This document shows positions 20,378-30,293 of a stretch of DNA of 64,000 bases, in pieces. This stretch comes from an uncultured Candidatus Actinomarina sp. Its GTDB lineage: Bacteria > Actinomycetota > Acidimicrobiia > Actinomarinales > Actinomarinaceae. The DNA is taken from assembly GCA_902595195.1 (NCBI GenBank), contig CACJPC010000003.1:19827-83826 (forward strand), written 5' to 3'. Under the pieces are notes generated by a model, which had not been told where the DNA came from, did no database searches, and worked only from the letters and a program-made list of their open reading frames with translations. Positions within the stretch are counted from its first letter, which is position 1; each line of letters begins with the position of its first letter. Position numbers and translations under genes: made by a program.

Positions 20378-21010
20378 ATGATAGAAATGATGTTGAAAAG
20401 ATTAATTGATGTAGCAATAGTGCTAATTTTTAGCCCAATTATATTGACTTTTGTAATAATAATTTCTTTTACATTACTAGCAAAACAAGGAAGGCCTATT
20501 TTTTTTGCACAAAACAGAGTTGGGAAAAACAATCAATTATTTAAACTCTACAAATTTAGAACAATGGAAACAACTGCAGAAGAAGATTTTCATAAATCAC
20601 ATTATCTTGATTTAGCTAAAGGTAAGTCAATAGAACCCAATAATTCTCCACTTGAACCAATTAGGATTGAGAATGATGATCGAATTACAGGCGTTGGTCA
20701 TTTTTTAAGAAAGACATCACTAGATGAGCTTCCTAATGTACTGAATGTCATAATTGGAGATATGTCCTTAGTAGGTCCTCGGCCTTTGGTGGATTACGAA
20801 TCAGCATTATATGGTAAATATAACGAAAAAAGAAACTCTGTTTTGCCTGGCATTACTGGGTTAGCACAGGTTCAAGGTAGGTTAGATCTAAGTCTTCAGG
20901 AACGACTTTACTGGGACTTGAAATATATTGACTCTAATAAATTATCAAATGATTTAATTATAATTTTCAAAACTATTGCCTCAGTAATAAGACGAAAAGG
21001 TGCAAATTAA
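20378..21010 (+). CDS. monotopic phosphoglycosyl transferase (bacterial sugar transferase, PglC/WbaP-C type), initiating enzyme
   Basis: 210 aa with one N-terminal re-entrant helix. Motifs KFRTM and LDELPNVLNVIIGDMSLVGPRP. Confidence 0.9.
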   Translation: MIEMMLKRLIDVAIVLIFSPIILTFVIIISFTLLAKQGRPIFFAQNRVGKNNQLFKLYKFRTMETTAEEDFHKSHYLDLAKGKSIEPNNSPLEPIRIENDDRITGVGHFLRKTSLDELPNVLNVIIGDMSLVGPRPLVDYESALYGKYNEKRNSVLPGITGLAQVQGRLDLSLQERLYWDLKYIDSNKLSNDLIIIFKTIASVIRRKGAN

Positions 21011-22179
21011 ATTAGTTTGATATACTGATCAGCAATTGCATCGACATTTGCAAATTTATTATTTATTTCACTTATGTTTTCATAAATTTGTTCAATATAG
21101 TTTTTATCTTCTAATGTCTGCAGTTTTGAATCTAAATTGTCTTCATTTGGTGAAATATTGATACCTAATTTATATTTCTCTATAAATTTTGCAAGACTAG
21201 ATTTAGGATTAGAAAATCCAATTAAAATTTTGTTCATTTTAAGATAGTCGAACGTTTTACCTGGGAAACCTTCTACAGTTATTTTTGGAGATAACGAAAC
21301 TAAAGCAAACGGTATATGACTAGTTTTTTGTAGTAATTCATCCCTTGAAACAAAAGAATTAACAGTTACATTTACAGACTCTCTACTAGCAATTGATTCA
21401 AATTGGCTTCCACTACCATAAATGGTTAATTTATATTGTTTTTTTGATTTAGAAAATAAATCTAAAAAAGATTCAACATTTTGAGGTGTGCCTAGATTAC
21501 CTGCATACATTATTTCTTGAGTAATTTTTGAACTTTTTGGAGACTCTTTTTCATTTGCAAAATGATAAACAACACTTATTTTTTTGGAATCAATTTTTCG
21601 AACATCAATAAGATACTGCTTCATTTCATCTGAATTAACTACTACATCGTCTATTGCACGCAAACAAAGATTGTCTACTTTTTTAAATGAATTGAGTAAA
21701 AAGTTTGAGTTTAGCTCGTTTAATTTTTGTGCAATTTCTGGATAGAGCTCCCAAATTGAATAAATTGTTTTTTTCTTAAGTAGTTTTTTGGTAAATATAG
21801 CAATCAAATTCATAGTCGGCGGATAGCTAAATATAAAAATAGTATCAAAATTTTTTCTATTCCTTGTTAAGTAAATTATTGATTTGAAATGATAGTTTAT
21901 CCATTGACTAAATCTTTTTACTCTACTGAAAGATCTCTTAGATGAAGACAAATGAGTGATTTTTACATCTTTATAATTTGAAACATATTTATTTTTTCCA
22001 ATCTTAATAAGACCTTCATCAGAAAACTTTTTAGAGTCAAATCGATATTGAGGTGTAGATGCCAAAATTTCAATATTTAAATTTTTTTCTTTAAACTTTG
22101 CTGCAATGTCTGCAACTAATTTGCCTGTTGAGACTTGGTCTGGAGGAATTGTCAAAGAATGGAATAATACTCGATTCAT
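21007..22179 (-). CDS. glycosyltransferase (GT4, WbuB/WcaI-like)
   Basis: N-terminal PPDQVSTGKLVADIA resembles the WbuB/WcaI N-domain. It lies immediately downstream of a 6-deoxy-HexNAc-type gene set. Confidence 0.55.
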   Translation of the reverse strand: MNRVLFHSLTIPPDQVSTGKLVADIAAKFKEKNLNIEILASTPQYRFDSKKFSDEGLIKIGKNKYVSNYKDVKITHLSSSKRSFSRVKRFSQWINYHFKSIIYLTRNRKNFDTIFIFSYPPTMNLIAIFTKKLLKKKTIYSIWELYPEIAQKLNELNSNFLLNSFKKVDNLCLRAIDDVVVNSDEMKQYLIDVRKIDSKKISVVYHFANEKESPKSSKITQEIMYAGNLGTPQNVESFLDLFSKSKKQYKLTIYGSGSQFESIASRESVNVTVNSFVSRDELLQKTSHIPFALVSLSPKITVEGFPGKTFDYLKMNKILIGFSNPKSSLAKFIEKYKLGINISPNEDNLDSKLQTLEDKNYIEQIYENISEINNKFANVDAIADQYIKLI

Positions 22180-23330
22180 TCCTTAAATGACCTACTTGTA
22201 TCAAAAGGATAATCGGAAGGCATGTGTCTTCTAAAACTATCTGAATTGCTTAATTCAATTAAATCATTAACGATAATCTCAGAGGAATTTCCTTCACCAA
22301 ATGGATTTTTCCAACCTTTTTTTAACTTGCTGACCTTATCAATAGTTTCAATAATATTTGCATGGTTAACCGTTGGATCAAATTTAATAGATGCTTTTAC
22401 ATCGTAAACTTCCGGTCTTTCAGTAGAATATCTCATTTGAACAGATGGAACATTTAATATGCAAGCTTCTTCAACTACTGTCCCAGAATCTGTAGCAACA
22501 AAATCTGATTTTATTAATAAGTGCATGAATTCAAGGTATCCAATTGGATCAATTATTTCTATATTATCATTAAGAGACATATCAGAATTATTAAGTATTT
22601 CTTGAGTTTTGTAACCCATTGGGAAAATAATGTTTCTATCGTCTATAGAATTTAACAACGAAATAATATTTTTAAAACTATCTTTATTTAATATATTCTC
22701 TCTTCTATGACATGTAACAAGAACAAAATTATCATTCGATAAATCAAGTACTTTATCATCCAAATATTGTGCACTAGATTCAAAAAGTTGTAAATTTTCA
22801 TTTATTATATCTACAATTGGATTGCCAGTTACTTTTATAACATTTTCACTAATGCCCTCATTTAAACCCTGTAATTTGTAACTTTCTAAATAGGCATATA
22901 TTCTATCTGATAAATGATCAATAATAGTTCTGTACTTCTCTTCAGGCATTCTCCAATCATAAGATCTCATGCAACCTTCTATATGTACCACAGGAATATT
23001 GTGCTGTGCTGCTGCAATTGACCCCATAACTGTATTTGTGTCTCCTAGAAAAACTGCTGCTTTATAACTATGATTTTCAAAATGGTTAAATAAATTCTCA
23101 ATTGTTGAAGAGACTATTGTTGAATCGTTAGATTTATTTACACTAAATTCAAAATTAGGCTTAGGTACATCAAGTTGATTAAAGAAAATATCTTTCATAT
23201 TTTCAGAATAATGTTGACCTGACCAAATAAAATCAAATTCAATTTGGTTTTGATTATCTAATAGTTTTAAAATTTTGCTTGCTCTAATTACATCAGGTCT
23301 AATGCCTAATACAATTGCTAAATCTTTCAT
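22176..23330 (-). CDS. UDP-N-acetylglucosamine 2-epimerase family protein (FnlC/CapG-like)
   Basis: GIRPDVIR, SGQHYSENMKDIFFNQL, HIEGCMRS and DSGTVVEE motifs of the epimerase_2 family. Confidence 0.8.
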   Translation of the reverse strand: MKDLAIVLGIRPDVIRASKILKLLDNQNQIEFDFIWSGQHYSENMKDIFFNQLDVPKPNFEFSVNKSNDSTIVSSTIENLFNHFENHSYKAAVFLGDTNTVMGSIAAAQHNIPVVHIEGCMRSYDWRMPEEKYRTIIDHLSDRIYAYLESYKLQGLNEGISENVIKVTGNPIVDIINENLQLFESSAQYLDDKVLDLSNDNFVLVTCHRRENILNKDSFKNIISLLNSIDDRNIIFPMGYKTQEILNNSDMSLNDNIEIIDPIGYLEFMHLLIKSDFVATDSGTVVEEACILNVPSVQMRYSTERPEVYDVKASIKFDPTVNHANIIETIDKVSKLKKGWKNPFGEGNSSEIIVNDLIELSNSDSFRRHMPSDYPFDTSRSFKE

Positions 23331-23331
23331 T

Positions 23332-24246
23332 CTAATTCATTATCCTATTAACAATTTCAGAATTTGCTAGTTCTTCTATATTTTCTTCAATCGAGGGAGT
23401 GTTATCATATCCAGCCATCTTCCATAGTTCTTCATTTTTTTCTATTTTTTTTGTCTTTAATGTTCTATCTATAAGCGTGTCTGAGTTTATATGATTAATA
23501 TTGATATCTTTATTAAAGTTTTTTTTGAATTCTTCTAATAATTGCCCTTTTGAAATAGTATTTTTTGGAATTAGATGTTGTGTTTTAAATGAAAAGTTAT
23601 GATTTTTAATCATTCCTTCAACGACCTTTGCAAAATTAAGTGTTGTTACGCCATTCCACATGTGATTTTGATAACCAGAAACCTCTTTTTCATCATTTTT
23701 TAAAAACCAATTCATAAGTGAAAATCCATTACCCTCTTCAGGTCCAATTATGCTTGATCTCACAATGTGTTTATTTTTACTCTCAATTTCACCAATGATT
23801 TTTGATTTACCATATAAATCTTTTGCATCCATAAAAGAATCCTCATAGTAACTTCCCGTATCTCCTGTGAATACACAATCTGTGCCAATCTGAATATAGT
23901 GAATATCTTTTTCTTCTGAAATTTGCTGTAAAATAATAGGCAAAAATGAATTCACTTGAATTGTATTTTTAACTGATTCAGCATCTTTTTCATTAATTTT
24001 TGGCTTTATTATTCCAATGCAATTTACAATATATCCAAACTTATCTTTTTTACTAATTAAATCATCAGCATCATTTGATAATGCATCATATTTTAAGTAA
24101 CTACCGTTGAAATTTTTTTCAATAAAGCTTGTTGATTTGCGCGATGTTACAGTTATTTCTAATTCTTTATTTGAATCTAGATAAAGAGACAACATTTTTC
24201 CCAGCATTCCATCTGCACCTAGAACTAGTACTTTGTTGTTATTCAT
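23332..24246 (-). CDS. SDR-family nucleotide-sugar reductase (RmlD / CapF-N-like)
   Basis: VLVLGADGMLGKM Rossmann motif and YGKSK catalytic pair. Start moved to the ATG at 24246 (MNNNKVLVLG), 4 nt after the upstream TAA. The listed start at 24324 would overlap the cupin gene by 86 nt. Confidence 0.7.
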   Translation of the reverse strand: MNNNKVLVLGADGMLGKMLSLYLDSNKELEITVTSRKSTSFIEKNFNGSYLKYDALSNDADDLISKKDKFGYIVNCIGIIKPKINEKDAESVKNTIQVNSFLPIILQQISEEKDIHYIQIGTDCVFTGDTGSYYEDSFMDAKDLYGKSKIIGEIESKNKHIVRSSIIGPEEGNGFSLMNWFLKNDEKEVSGYQNHMWNGVTTLNFAKVVEGMIKNHNFSFKTQHLIPKNTISKGQLLEEFKKNFNKDININHINSDTLIDRTLKTKKIEKNEELWKMAGYDNTPSIEENIEELANSEIVNRIMN

Positions 24247-24697
24247 AAATTTCCGGTGAATATTCATCCCATGGATTCCAATATTTAGAATCAAACCTAT
24301 AATCGTCTTCTTTTGACTCTTCAAGATTTAGAGATGAAAAATACATAACTTTGCTGTTAGGTTCTAAATTAATTGCACCGTTTGCAAATCCTGGAGGTAT
24401 AAATAATACACCTGAATGTTCATTCATTTCAGTTTTTAGGACTGTATTATTTTTATTTGGTGTAATCCAGTCGTCGATTTTTACTGTACATACCAAAAAC
24501 TTGCCTTTAAAAACTTTTACAAGTTTGGATTCTAATTTATGACCATGCCAAGCTCTTACCGTTCCGTTTTTTGGATTTGTAACTATATAAAATCTTTTAA
24601 ATTTTTCAAAATCAAGATTGTTGTAAAACTCTACTGAACCTCTGTTATCTTTGGCTTCGCCTTTGCTAATTAGGATTGGTTCAGATATATCTTTCAC
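24239..24697 (-). CDS. cupin-fold nucleotide-sugar epimerase/ketoisomerase (RmlC / FdtA / CapF-C-like)
   Basis: 152 aa. DNRGSVEF ... RAWHGHK ... jelly-roll pattern typical of sugar-nucleotide cupins. GTG start overlaps the upstream TAG by 1 nt. Confidence 0.6.
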   Translation of the reverse strand: MKDISEPILISKGEAKDNRGSVEFYNNLDFEKFKRFYIVTNPKNGTVRAWHGHKLESKLVKVFKGKFLVCTVKIDDWITPNKNNTVLKTEMNEHSGVLFIPPGFANGAINLEPNSKVMYFSSLNLEESKEDDYRFDSKYWNPWDEYSPEIYE

Positions 24698-25629
24698 TAT
24701 TCAATACCATATTTTTTTAAATAATTTTGGTTTGAGTAACGTATGTGATTTACATCTTTAATTCGATTGTTTGAAATTAAATCAAATACTTCTTGAATGC
24801 CAGATTTAAGATCCACTTCAGCTTTAAATCCTGTACTATTAAAAAGCTTTTGACTGGATACTTGATAATTTCTTGCATCTTGAAATTTCATAGGTGTTGT
24901 TTCAATTATCGCAGAAGGAACTTTCTGAATAATTTCATTAGCAATATCTATAATTTTAAAATTTTTATAGTGTAAATTAAAGATTCCTGTGACTCCATCT
25001 TCCAATGTATGATTTATAGCATTAGCAACATCGTTAACATGTAGAAGAGGTCTCCATTGCTCGCCTCCAAATACAGTTAGCTTTCCTTCTGTGAGCGCCT
25101 TAGTGACTAAAATATTTACAACCAAATCTAGTCTGATTCTAGAAAACTCATCACTAATTCCAAATAGTGTTCCAAGTCTAAATATTATTGCGTCTGAATT
25201 CTGCAAATACTCCTCTGCTTGCACTTTTGAAGATGCATACTCAGATAATGGGTTAATAGAAGATGTTTCATCAAGCATTCCATCTTGAGCACCATAAACT
25301 GAGCATGTTGACAAAAAAACTATTCTTTTTTTAAAATTTTCTGCCAAGAATTTAACTGATTCTGAGTTAATCTCAAATGTTAATTCAGGATTGATTGAAC
25401 AAGCGCCGTCTCCAACTAGAGCAGCTAACCATATAACAGCATCATTTTTATTTAAAACAGATAATAATTTATCTTTATCTCTGATGTCACCATATACAAA
25501 ATTTACGTCTTTTCGATAAGATTCTTCATAAATAAGTGAGTCGAAAACTGTAACATTGTGGTTCTCTTTAAGTTTGTCAACTATTCCACCGCCCACATAA
25601 CCGGCTCCACCTACAACCAAAACATTCAC
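24697..25629 (-). CDS. NAD-dependent epimerase/dehydratase (extended SDR)
   Basis: VVGGAGYVGG Rossmann motif, STCSVYG and YASSK catalytic motifs. Confidence 0.8.
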   Translation of the reverse strand: MNVLVVGGAGYVGGGIVDKLKENHNVTVFDSLIYEESYRKDVNFVYGDIRDKDKLLSVLNKNDAVIWLAALVGDGACSINPELTFEINSESVKFLAENFKKRIVFLSTCSVYGAQDGMLDETSSINPLSEYASSKVQAEEYLQNSDAIIFRLGTLFGISDEFSRIRLDLVVNILVTKALTEGKLTVFGGEQWRPLLHVNDVANAINHTLEDGVTGIFNLHYKNFKIIDIANEIIQKVPSAIIETTPMKFQDARNYQVSSQKLFNSTGFKAEVDLKSGIQEVFDLISNNRIKDVNHIRYSNQNYLKKYGIE

Positions 25630-25649
25630 TATCCAATATTAAATGCAAA

Positions 25650-26738
25650 CTAAACATTAATTGCATTTATATAAAATTTTTCAATTTTTTTGACAGTTTT
25701 ATCTATTGAGAAATTTTTCACAATTTTTTCTTTTTGTAATTTCTTAATGATTTTCAATTCTTTTTGATTATCTTTAAAATACTTTTCCAAAAGGCTTGCT
25801 ATTACTTTAGGATTGTCTCTATCAACCAGACAATGAGATATATTGGCTACAAATTCATTTAGAGGGCTTATGTTCGAACAAACAACAGCTACATTGTTTT
25901 CAATTGCTTCTAAAACTACTAAACCAAAACCTTCTGATTCTGATAAAAATAAGAATAAATCAATCTTTTCAAAAAATTTATCAATATTTGAAAAGTGATC
26001 ATATATTTCTACATTATCTTCAAGATCGTATTTTTTAATTAAATTTTTTATATTTTTTAAGTACCCTTCATCGTCTGAACCTGCAAGTTTTAAATTGAAT
26101 TCAACTCCTTCTTTCTTTAAAAAATGGGCTGTTTGAATAACTTTATCCCAACCTTTCCAGGGAAGCATTCTTGCAGCCATTCCAATAGAATTATTCATCA
26201 TATTTTTTTTATTTCTGTTTTTAATTTCTACACCATAGTGAATTACTTCAATATTTTCCTTATGAATACCTTTGTTTAAAATCAGCCACGATTTAATTTT
26301 GTCTGAAATTGCAATTACACCTTCAGAACTATTCAAAATATATTTCCATAGAAAATTTGTTAAATTATATTTAAGCTTGTTTTCGCCTTTTCTCGTCCCA
26401 TACTGAGCATGAACTGAAACAATATGCGAAAACTTTCTATTAAATTTATTTATAATTCCCACAACTATGTCTGATTTTGGTAAATGAGAATGAACTAATT
26501 TAAAATCATTTTTTTTTATAAACTTGTGTAAATAAAAGATGCTAAAAAAACTTCTTGCTGAAGTAATTTTGATATTTCCCAGATCGCTTATTATTGAGTC
26601 TCCTTTTTCATACATATCAAAAGTAAATAGTTCTACGTCTACATGTTTAAATTGTTTAAATATTTTAGAAAGTTGAACTTCCGCACCATCCCTTTTTAAA
26701 GTAGGAACAACATGCAAAATTTTAATTTTATTTTGCAT
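25650..26738 (-). CDS. glycosyltransferase family 4
   Basis: ILHVVPTLKRDGAE N-domain and the SESEGFGLVVLEAIENNVAVV E-x7-E motif. Confidence 0.8.
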   Translation of the reverse strand: MQNKIKILHVVPTLKRDGAEVQLSKIFKQFKHVDVELFTFDMYEKGDSIISDLGNIKITSARSFFSIFYLHKFIKKNDFKLVHSHLPKSDIVVGIINKFNRKFSHIVSVHAQYGTRKGENKLKYNLTNFLWKYILNSSEGVIAISDKIKSWLILNKGIHKENIEVIHYGVEIKNRNKKNMMNNSIGMAARMLPWKGWDKVIQTAHFLKKEGVEFNLKLAGSDDEGYLKNIKNLIKKYDLEDNVEIYDHFSNIDKFFEKIDLFLFLSESEGFGLVVLEAIENNVAVVCSNISPLNEFVANISHCLVDRDNPKVIASLLEKYFKDNQKELKIIKKLQKEKIVKNFSIDKTVKKIEKFYINAINV

Positions 26739-27912
26739 TTTCTTCTCTTCTTAATGATTCAAATAATAACAAAAAAAATAGAACTGATATTGAGTGGTTT
26801 TGTATAAAATCTCCTGTAAAAGACAGAGCCACAAAACAGCCTAAAAATAAATATTTTGAATCTAATAAATTGTTAGAAAATTTGCTAAAAAATATTTTCA
26901 ATGGTTTTATAAATATATTTAAAAACAAAAGTAATCCAATAAAGCCATAATTTAATATCAAAAACAAAAATGAATTATGAGGACCTGTGGGTCTTACATC
27001 GTCAGAAAAATTATCTATTGACCTTAGTTCATCTCTAACAATTCCAAAATTACCCTGTCCATATCCAATTAAATTTTCAGAAATGCTCTTATTCAAAATA
27101 TCTGAAATACTAGCGTCTTGCATTTCAATCCTGTCTCGAATTCCTTCAGTTTCATTTTCAGAGGTAAATCTATCAATTAAACCAAAATTTAAAGTTATTG
27201 ATAAAGATATTGCAAATACAAACAAACCAATAAAATCTTTATTAAATATTAAAACAAACAAGAGACTCAATAGGAGCACAAGGATTGAGGCCCTGCTGTA
27301 AGTAAAGAAGCAACCTAAAATTCCAATGAAAATAATAAGATATTTTTTAATATTTTCAAGACTGCTCACTGAATAGATTGTCAAGCAAGCAATTAATCCA
27401 CCGAAAGCATTGGGTCCTCCTGCTTGAAAGCCATTCATCCTGCCTGGAGTAAATAACCAGTCATTCTTATTAAATCCAATACTCCAATAGTCGTATGAAT
27501 CAATTCCGAGTTCTATTTCAAAAAAATAAAAGGAAATAGAAAATATTGATAAAAATATTGTTAGATAGAGATAAAAATTTTTGAGAAAGTTTAAATTTTC
27601 AATACTGATTATCGTGATCATTAACCCTAAATAGAATATGAATCTTAAGTTTTCACTAAAAATTAATTTTCCATTAAGTAAATAATTTTGAAAAGTTATA
27701 TAAAAAATAAACATTAATAAAGGTAAAAATTCTCTAATTTTAAAAATTTTAATTTTATTGTTATAAAGATTTATAGCAAAAAGTAATAAAAACAGAGCAA
27801 CAGGGATGTCATCAAATTGTAAATTGTTAGTGATAGTTAGATGAGGGGTTAATGGTATTAAAAATACACATAATATTTGTAATCTAATTACACTATCTTT
27901 ATTTTCAACCAT
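26728..27912 (-). CDS. O-antigen ligase/polymerase (Wzy_C)-like membrane protein
   Basis: 394 aa with ~10 TM segments. The YSRASILVLLL motif resembles the Wzy_C core. Confidence 0.6.
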   Translation of the reverse strand: MVENKDSVIRLQILCVFLIPLTPHLTITNNLQFDDIPVALFLLLFAINLYNNKIKIFKIREFLPLLMFIFYITFQNYLLNGKLIFSENLRFIFYLGLMITIISIENLNFLKNFYLYLTIFLSIFSISFYFFEIELGIDSYDYWSIGFNKNDWLFTPGRMNGFQAGGPNAFGGLIACLTIYSVSSLENIKKYLIIFIGILGCFFTYSRASILVLLLSLLFVLIFNKDFIGLFVFAISLSITLNFGLIDRFTSENETEGIRDRIEMQDASISDILNKSISENLIGYGQGNFGIVRDELRSIDNFSDDVRPTGPHNSFLFLILNYGFIGLLLFLNIFIKPLKIFFSKFSNNLLDSKYLFLGCFVALSFTGDFIQNHSISVLFFLLLFESLRREENAK

Positions 27913-28616
27913 CGTTTCATTCCATTTTTAACAAGATATAAAAAAGCTTCATAAACAATTTTTTTAGACATCTTAGAATTACCTAATCTTCTTTCGTTAA
28001 AGATTATAGGCACTTCTTTTATTGATAGTTGTTTTTGTACAGCTCTTGCTGACATCTCTACTTGAAATGCATACCCATCAGATTTAGTAGTTGCATAGCT
28101 TATTTCTAATAAAGCTTTATTCGAATAACACCTAAAGCCGCTTGTCATATCATTTATTTTTGTCTTTAATAAAAATTTTGATAATTTATTTGCAAAACTT
28201 GAAAGCATTTTTCTTCTTGTATCCCAACCAATACTCCCACCTTCTTCAATGTATCTACTTCCAATTATCATATCAGCAGAAGATGACGCTTCCAATATTT
28301 TTACTAAATCTTCGAATCTATGCGAAAAATCTGCATCCATTTCCAACAAATAGCTGTACCCTTTATCAAGACCCCATTTGAAACCATCTCTATAAGCAGA
28401 GCCAAGACCAAGCTTTTCGTTTCTTTTCATTAAATTAATTTTCTTGTTTATTTTTGTTATATCCTCAACGACCTTTCCTGTACCATCAGGAGAATTATCA
28501 TCAACTATTAAGACTGAAACATCAAAATTGGATATTTGAATTATAAATTCTTCTATGTTGTCAATTTCGTTATATGTTGGGATTACTACTAAGTGACTAT
28601 CTGAAGCGTATGACAA
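27888..28616 (-). CDS. polyprenol-phosphate mannose synthase (GT2, Ppm1/DPM1-like)
   Basis: VVIPTYNE, LIVDDNSPDGT and EMDADFSH motifs. 242 aa. Confidence 0.85.
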   Translation of the reverse strand: MSYASDSHLVVIPTYNEIDNIEEFIIQISNFDVSVLIVDDNSPDGTGKVVEDITKINKKINLMKRNEKLGLGSAYRDGFKWGLDKGYSYLLEMDADFSHRFEDLVKILEASSSADMIIGSRYIEEGGSIGWDTRRKMLSSFANKLSKFLLKTKINDMTSGFRCYSNKALLEISYATTKSDGYAFQVEMSARAVQKQLSIKEVPIIFNERRLGNSKMSKKIVYEAFLYLVKNGMKRWLKIKIV

Positions 28617-28621
28617 TTTAA

Positions 28622-30190
28622 TTAAGAACCATCGCCGTCTAAATCAACAGCATTGATTGTTGCATCTACACCAACAGCCTGTCCATCATTCTCCAAATCA
28701 AAAGACCATCTATGTTTAGGACATATTAGAAATCTTTCATCTTCTATTTGATGTGTTGTTAAATCACTCCCTTGATGAGGACAAAATTTATCAATTGAAT
28801 AAAGCACTCCTCCGGCTTCAACAGTTATTCTTTCTCTTTGATTTTGAAGACGCATCAAATTACTCACAAATTCTGGAACATCCTCTTTTTCCATAGTTAA
28901 AAATCCGTTTATTGCAACTTGATAAATATCAGGAGTTCTTTTTAATTTATGTCTAAAAGATAACATGAAGTCTTCCCAGTTCAAATGCCCATCTAAAAGT
29001 CTTCCGATGTCACCAACTGAACAGCTGATTTCATATGTAACATTTAATTCATTATTATTTTCTAAAATATCAATTTTCCTGCTGTCAAAATTTACATATA
29101 TAGAAGTTTCTGAAATTTCATCTAAAGAAAATTTCATTACTGCATCCATTTTTTGGTCTATGTTAAAATTACTAAGTTTTGAGGTAAGTTCATCAAAAAG
29201 ACGTCTCTGCGTTTCGATAGGATCATACTTAACTTTACTTTTTTCTCTTTCGTCAAAAATATAATCATATTCATCTGAATAAAGAGAAATATTATCTTTA
29301 TTGAACATTTCTGATACATCGTCTACAGGATGTGATATGTCAAGATTATCACCAGTGTATTCAAATGTACTACCAGGAACAGGGATTTCAACTTTTAAAT
29401 CGGGCATCTTGTCATTTAAGTAGTCTTTAAATTTGAAAGGGGACGAGAAAATATTAACTTCTTGATAATTTATATGTATTAAATTTGGATCTAAAAATAC
29501 AGGTGGGCCAGCAGCAGGTATGTAAAGATCGGGTTGAAATTTATTTATTAAGTTTTTAACAGAAGCGAATTTACCATAAACTTTAGATTCAGATATCTCA
29601 TTATACTTTTTTTCAGGATAGTCATAACATACAGGATGAAAAACTGCACCAGAAAACTGGCAAGTGAACACATTAAATTTTCCGAAAATTTCATAAAGTT
29701 CATCTACCCTATCATAAACTTTACAATCATTTAAATTCAAGAATGTGAAGTCTTTATCTTTATCTATTAATCCAATTGCGGAATCTCTCACAATTTCTTG
29801 ATCGTCTAAAAAAAGTCTTATTTCTAAATTACCAATTTCTACAATTTCAGAATCTATTGGTGTATTCACCGACTTCGGATTTAATTTCTTGAGGACCGAT
29901 GCAACATGATCTCTCCTGAATTTAGGTGTAATGAAGTTTATTTTTGACAATTCTAATGTTTTTAAAAAAGGAACATCAAAATGATCTTTATGTTCATGGC
30001 TTATATAGATGTATACTTCTTTATCAGTTTTAGAAATAGTTTCCCTAATTTCATCGCCTAATTTATGGTTAGAGGGAAATTGATACCATGATGAATCAAA
30101 TGCACCCTCTTTTGACATCCATGGATCCATTAAAATCATTTCAGTTTTTGATTCATACATGAAGCCTGCATGGCCCAAAAATTTAATCAT
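28622..30190 (-). CDS. two-domain oxygenase: N-terminal metallo-beta-lactamase fold + C-terminal Rieske [2Fe-2S] domain (NamH / CMP-Neu5Ac-hydroxylase-like)
   Basis: Exact HxHxDH motif (SHEHKDHFD) near residue 65. Exact Rieske motif C-x-H-x17-C-x-x-H (CPHQGSDLTTHQIEDERFLICPKH) near the C-terminus. Confidence 0.8.
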   Translation of the reverse strand: MIKFLGHAGFMYESKTEMILMDPWMSKEGAFDSSWYQFPSNHKLGDEIRETISKTDKEVYIYISHEHKDHFDVPFLKTLELSKINFITPKFRRDHVASVLKKLNPKSVNTPIDSEIVEIGNLEIRLFLDDQEIVRDSAIGLIDKDKDFTFLNLNDCKVYDRVDELYEIFGKFNVFTCQFSGAVFHPVCYDYPEKKYNEISESKVYGKFASVKNLINKFQPDLYIPAAGPPVFLDPNLIHINYQEVNIFSSPFKFKDYLNDKMPDLKVEIPVPGSTFEYTGDNLDISHPVDDVSEMFNKDNISLYSDEYDYIFDEREKSKVKYDPIETQRRLFDELTSKLSNFNIDQKMDAVMKFSLDEISETSIYVNFDSRKIDILENNNELNVTYEISCSVGDIGRLLDGHLNWEDFMLSFRHKLKRTPDIYQVAINGFLTMEKEDVPEFVSNLMRLQNQRERITVEAGGVLYSIDKFCPHQGSDLTTHQIEDERFLICPKHRWSFDLENDGQAVGVDATINAVDLDGDGS

Positions 30191-30293
30191 ACACTAAATA
30201 TTAATAGGTATAAGTTATATCAAATATTCAATTAAAAAGAAATATCTACACATATAAAAAATTCCAAATAATAAAGTTTAAAAGAGTTAAAAT

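Noticed and set aside
24239-24324. 86-nt overlap between the cupin gene and the downstream SDR as listed
   Set aside because: It is resolved by the internal ATG at 24246 (MNNNKVLVLGADG), 4 nt after the cupin TAA. The overlap comes from taking the longest possible ORF.
26509-26517. Homopolymeric tracts as phase-variation switches. Examples are T9 in the GT4 gene here and A8/T8 runs at about 18471, 32171, 33312 and 54783.
   Set aside because: Equally long A/T runs occur in essential genes, for example A8 in the leuS N-terminus near 57761. They are expected at this base composition, and no poly-G/C tracts were seen.
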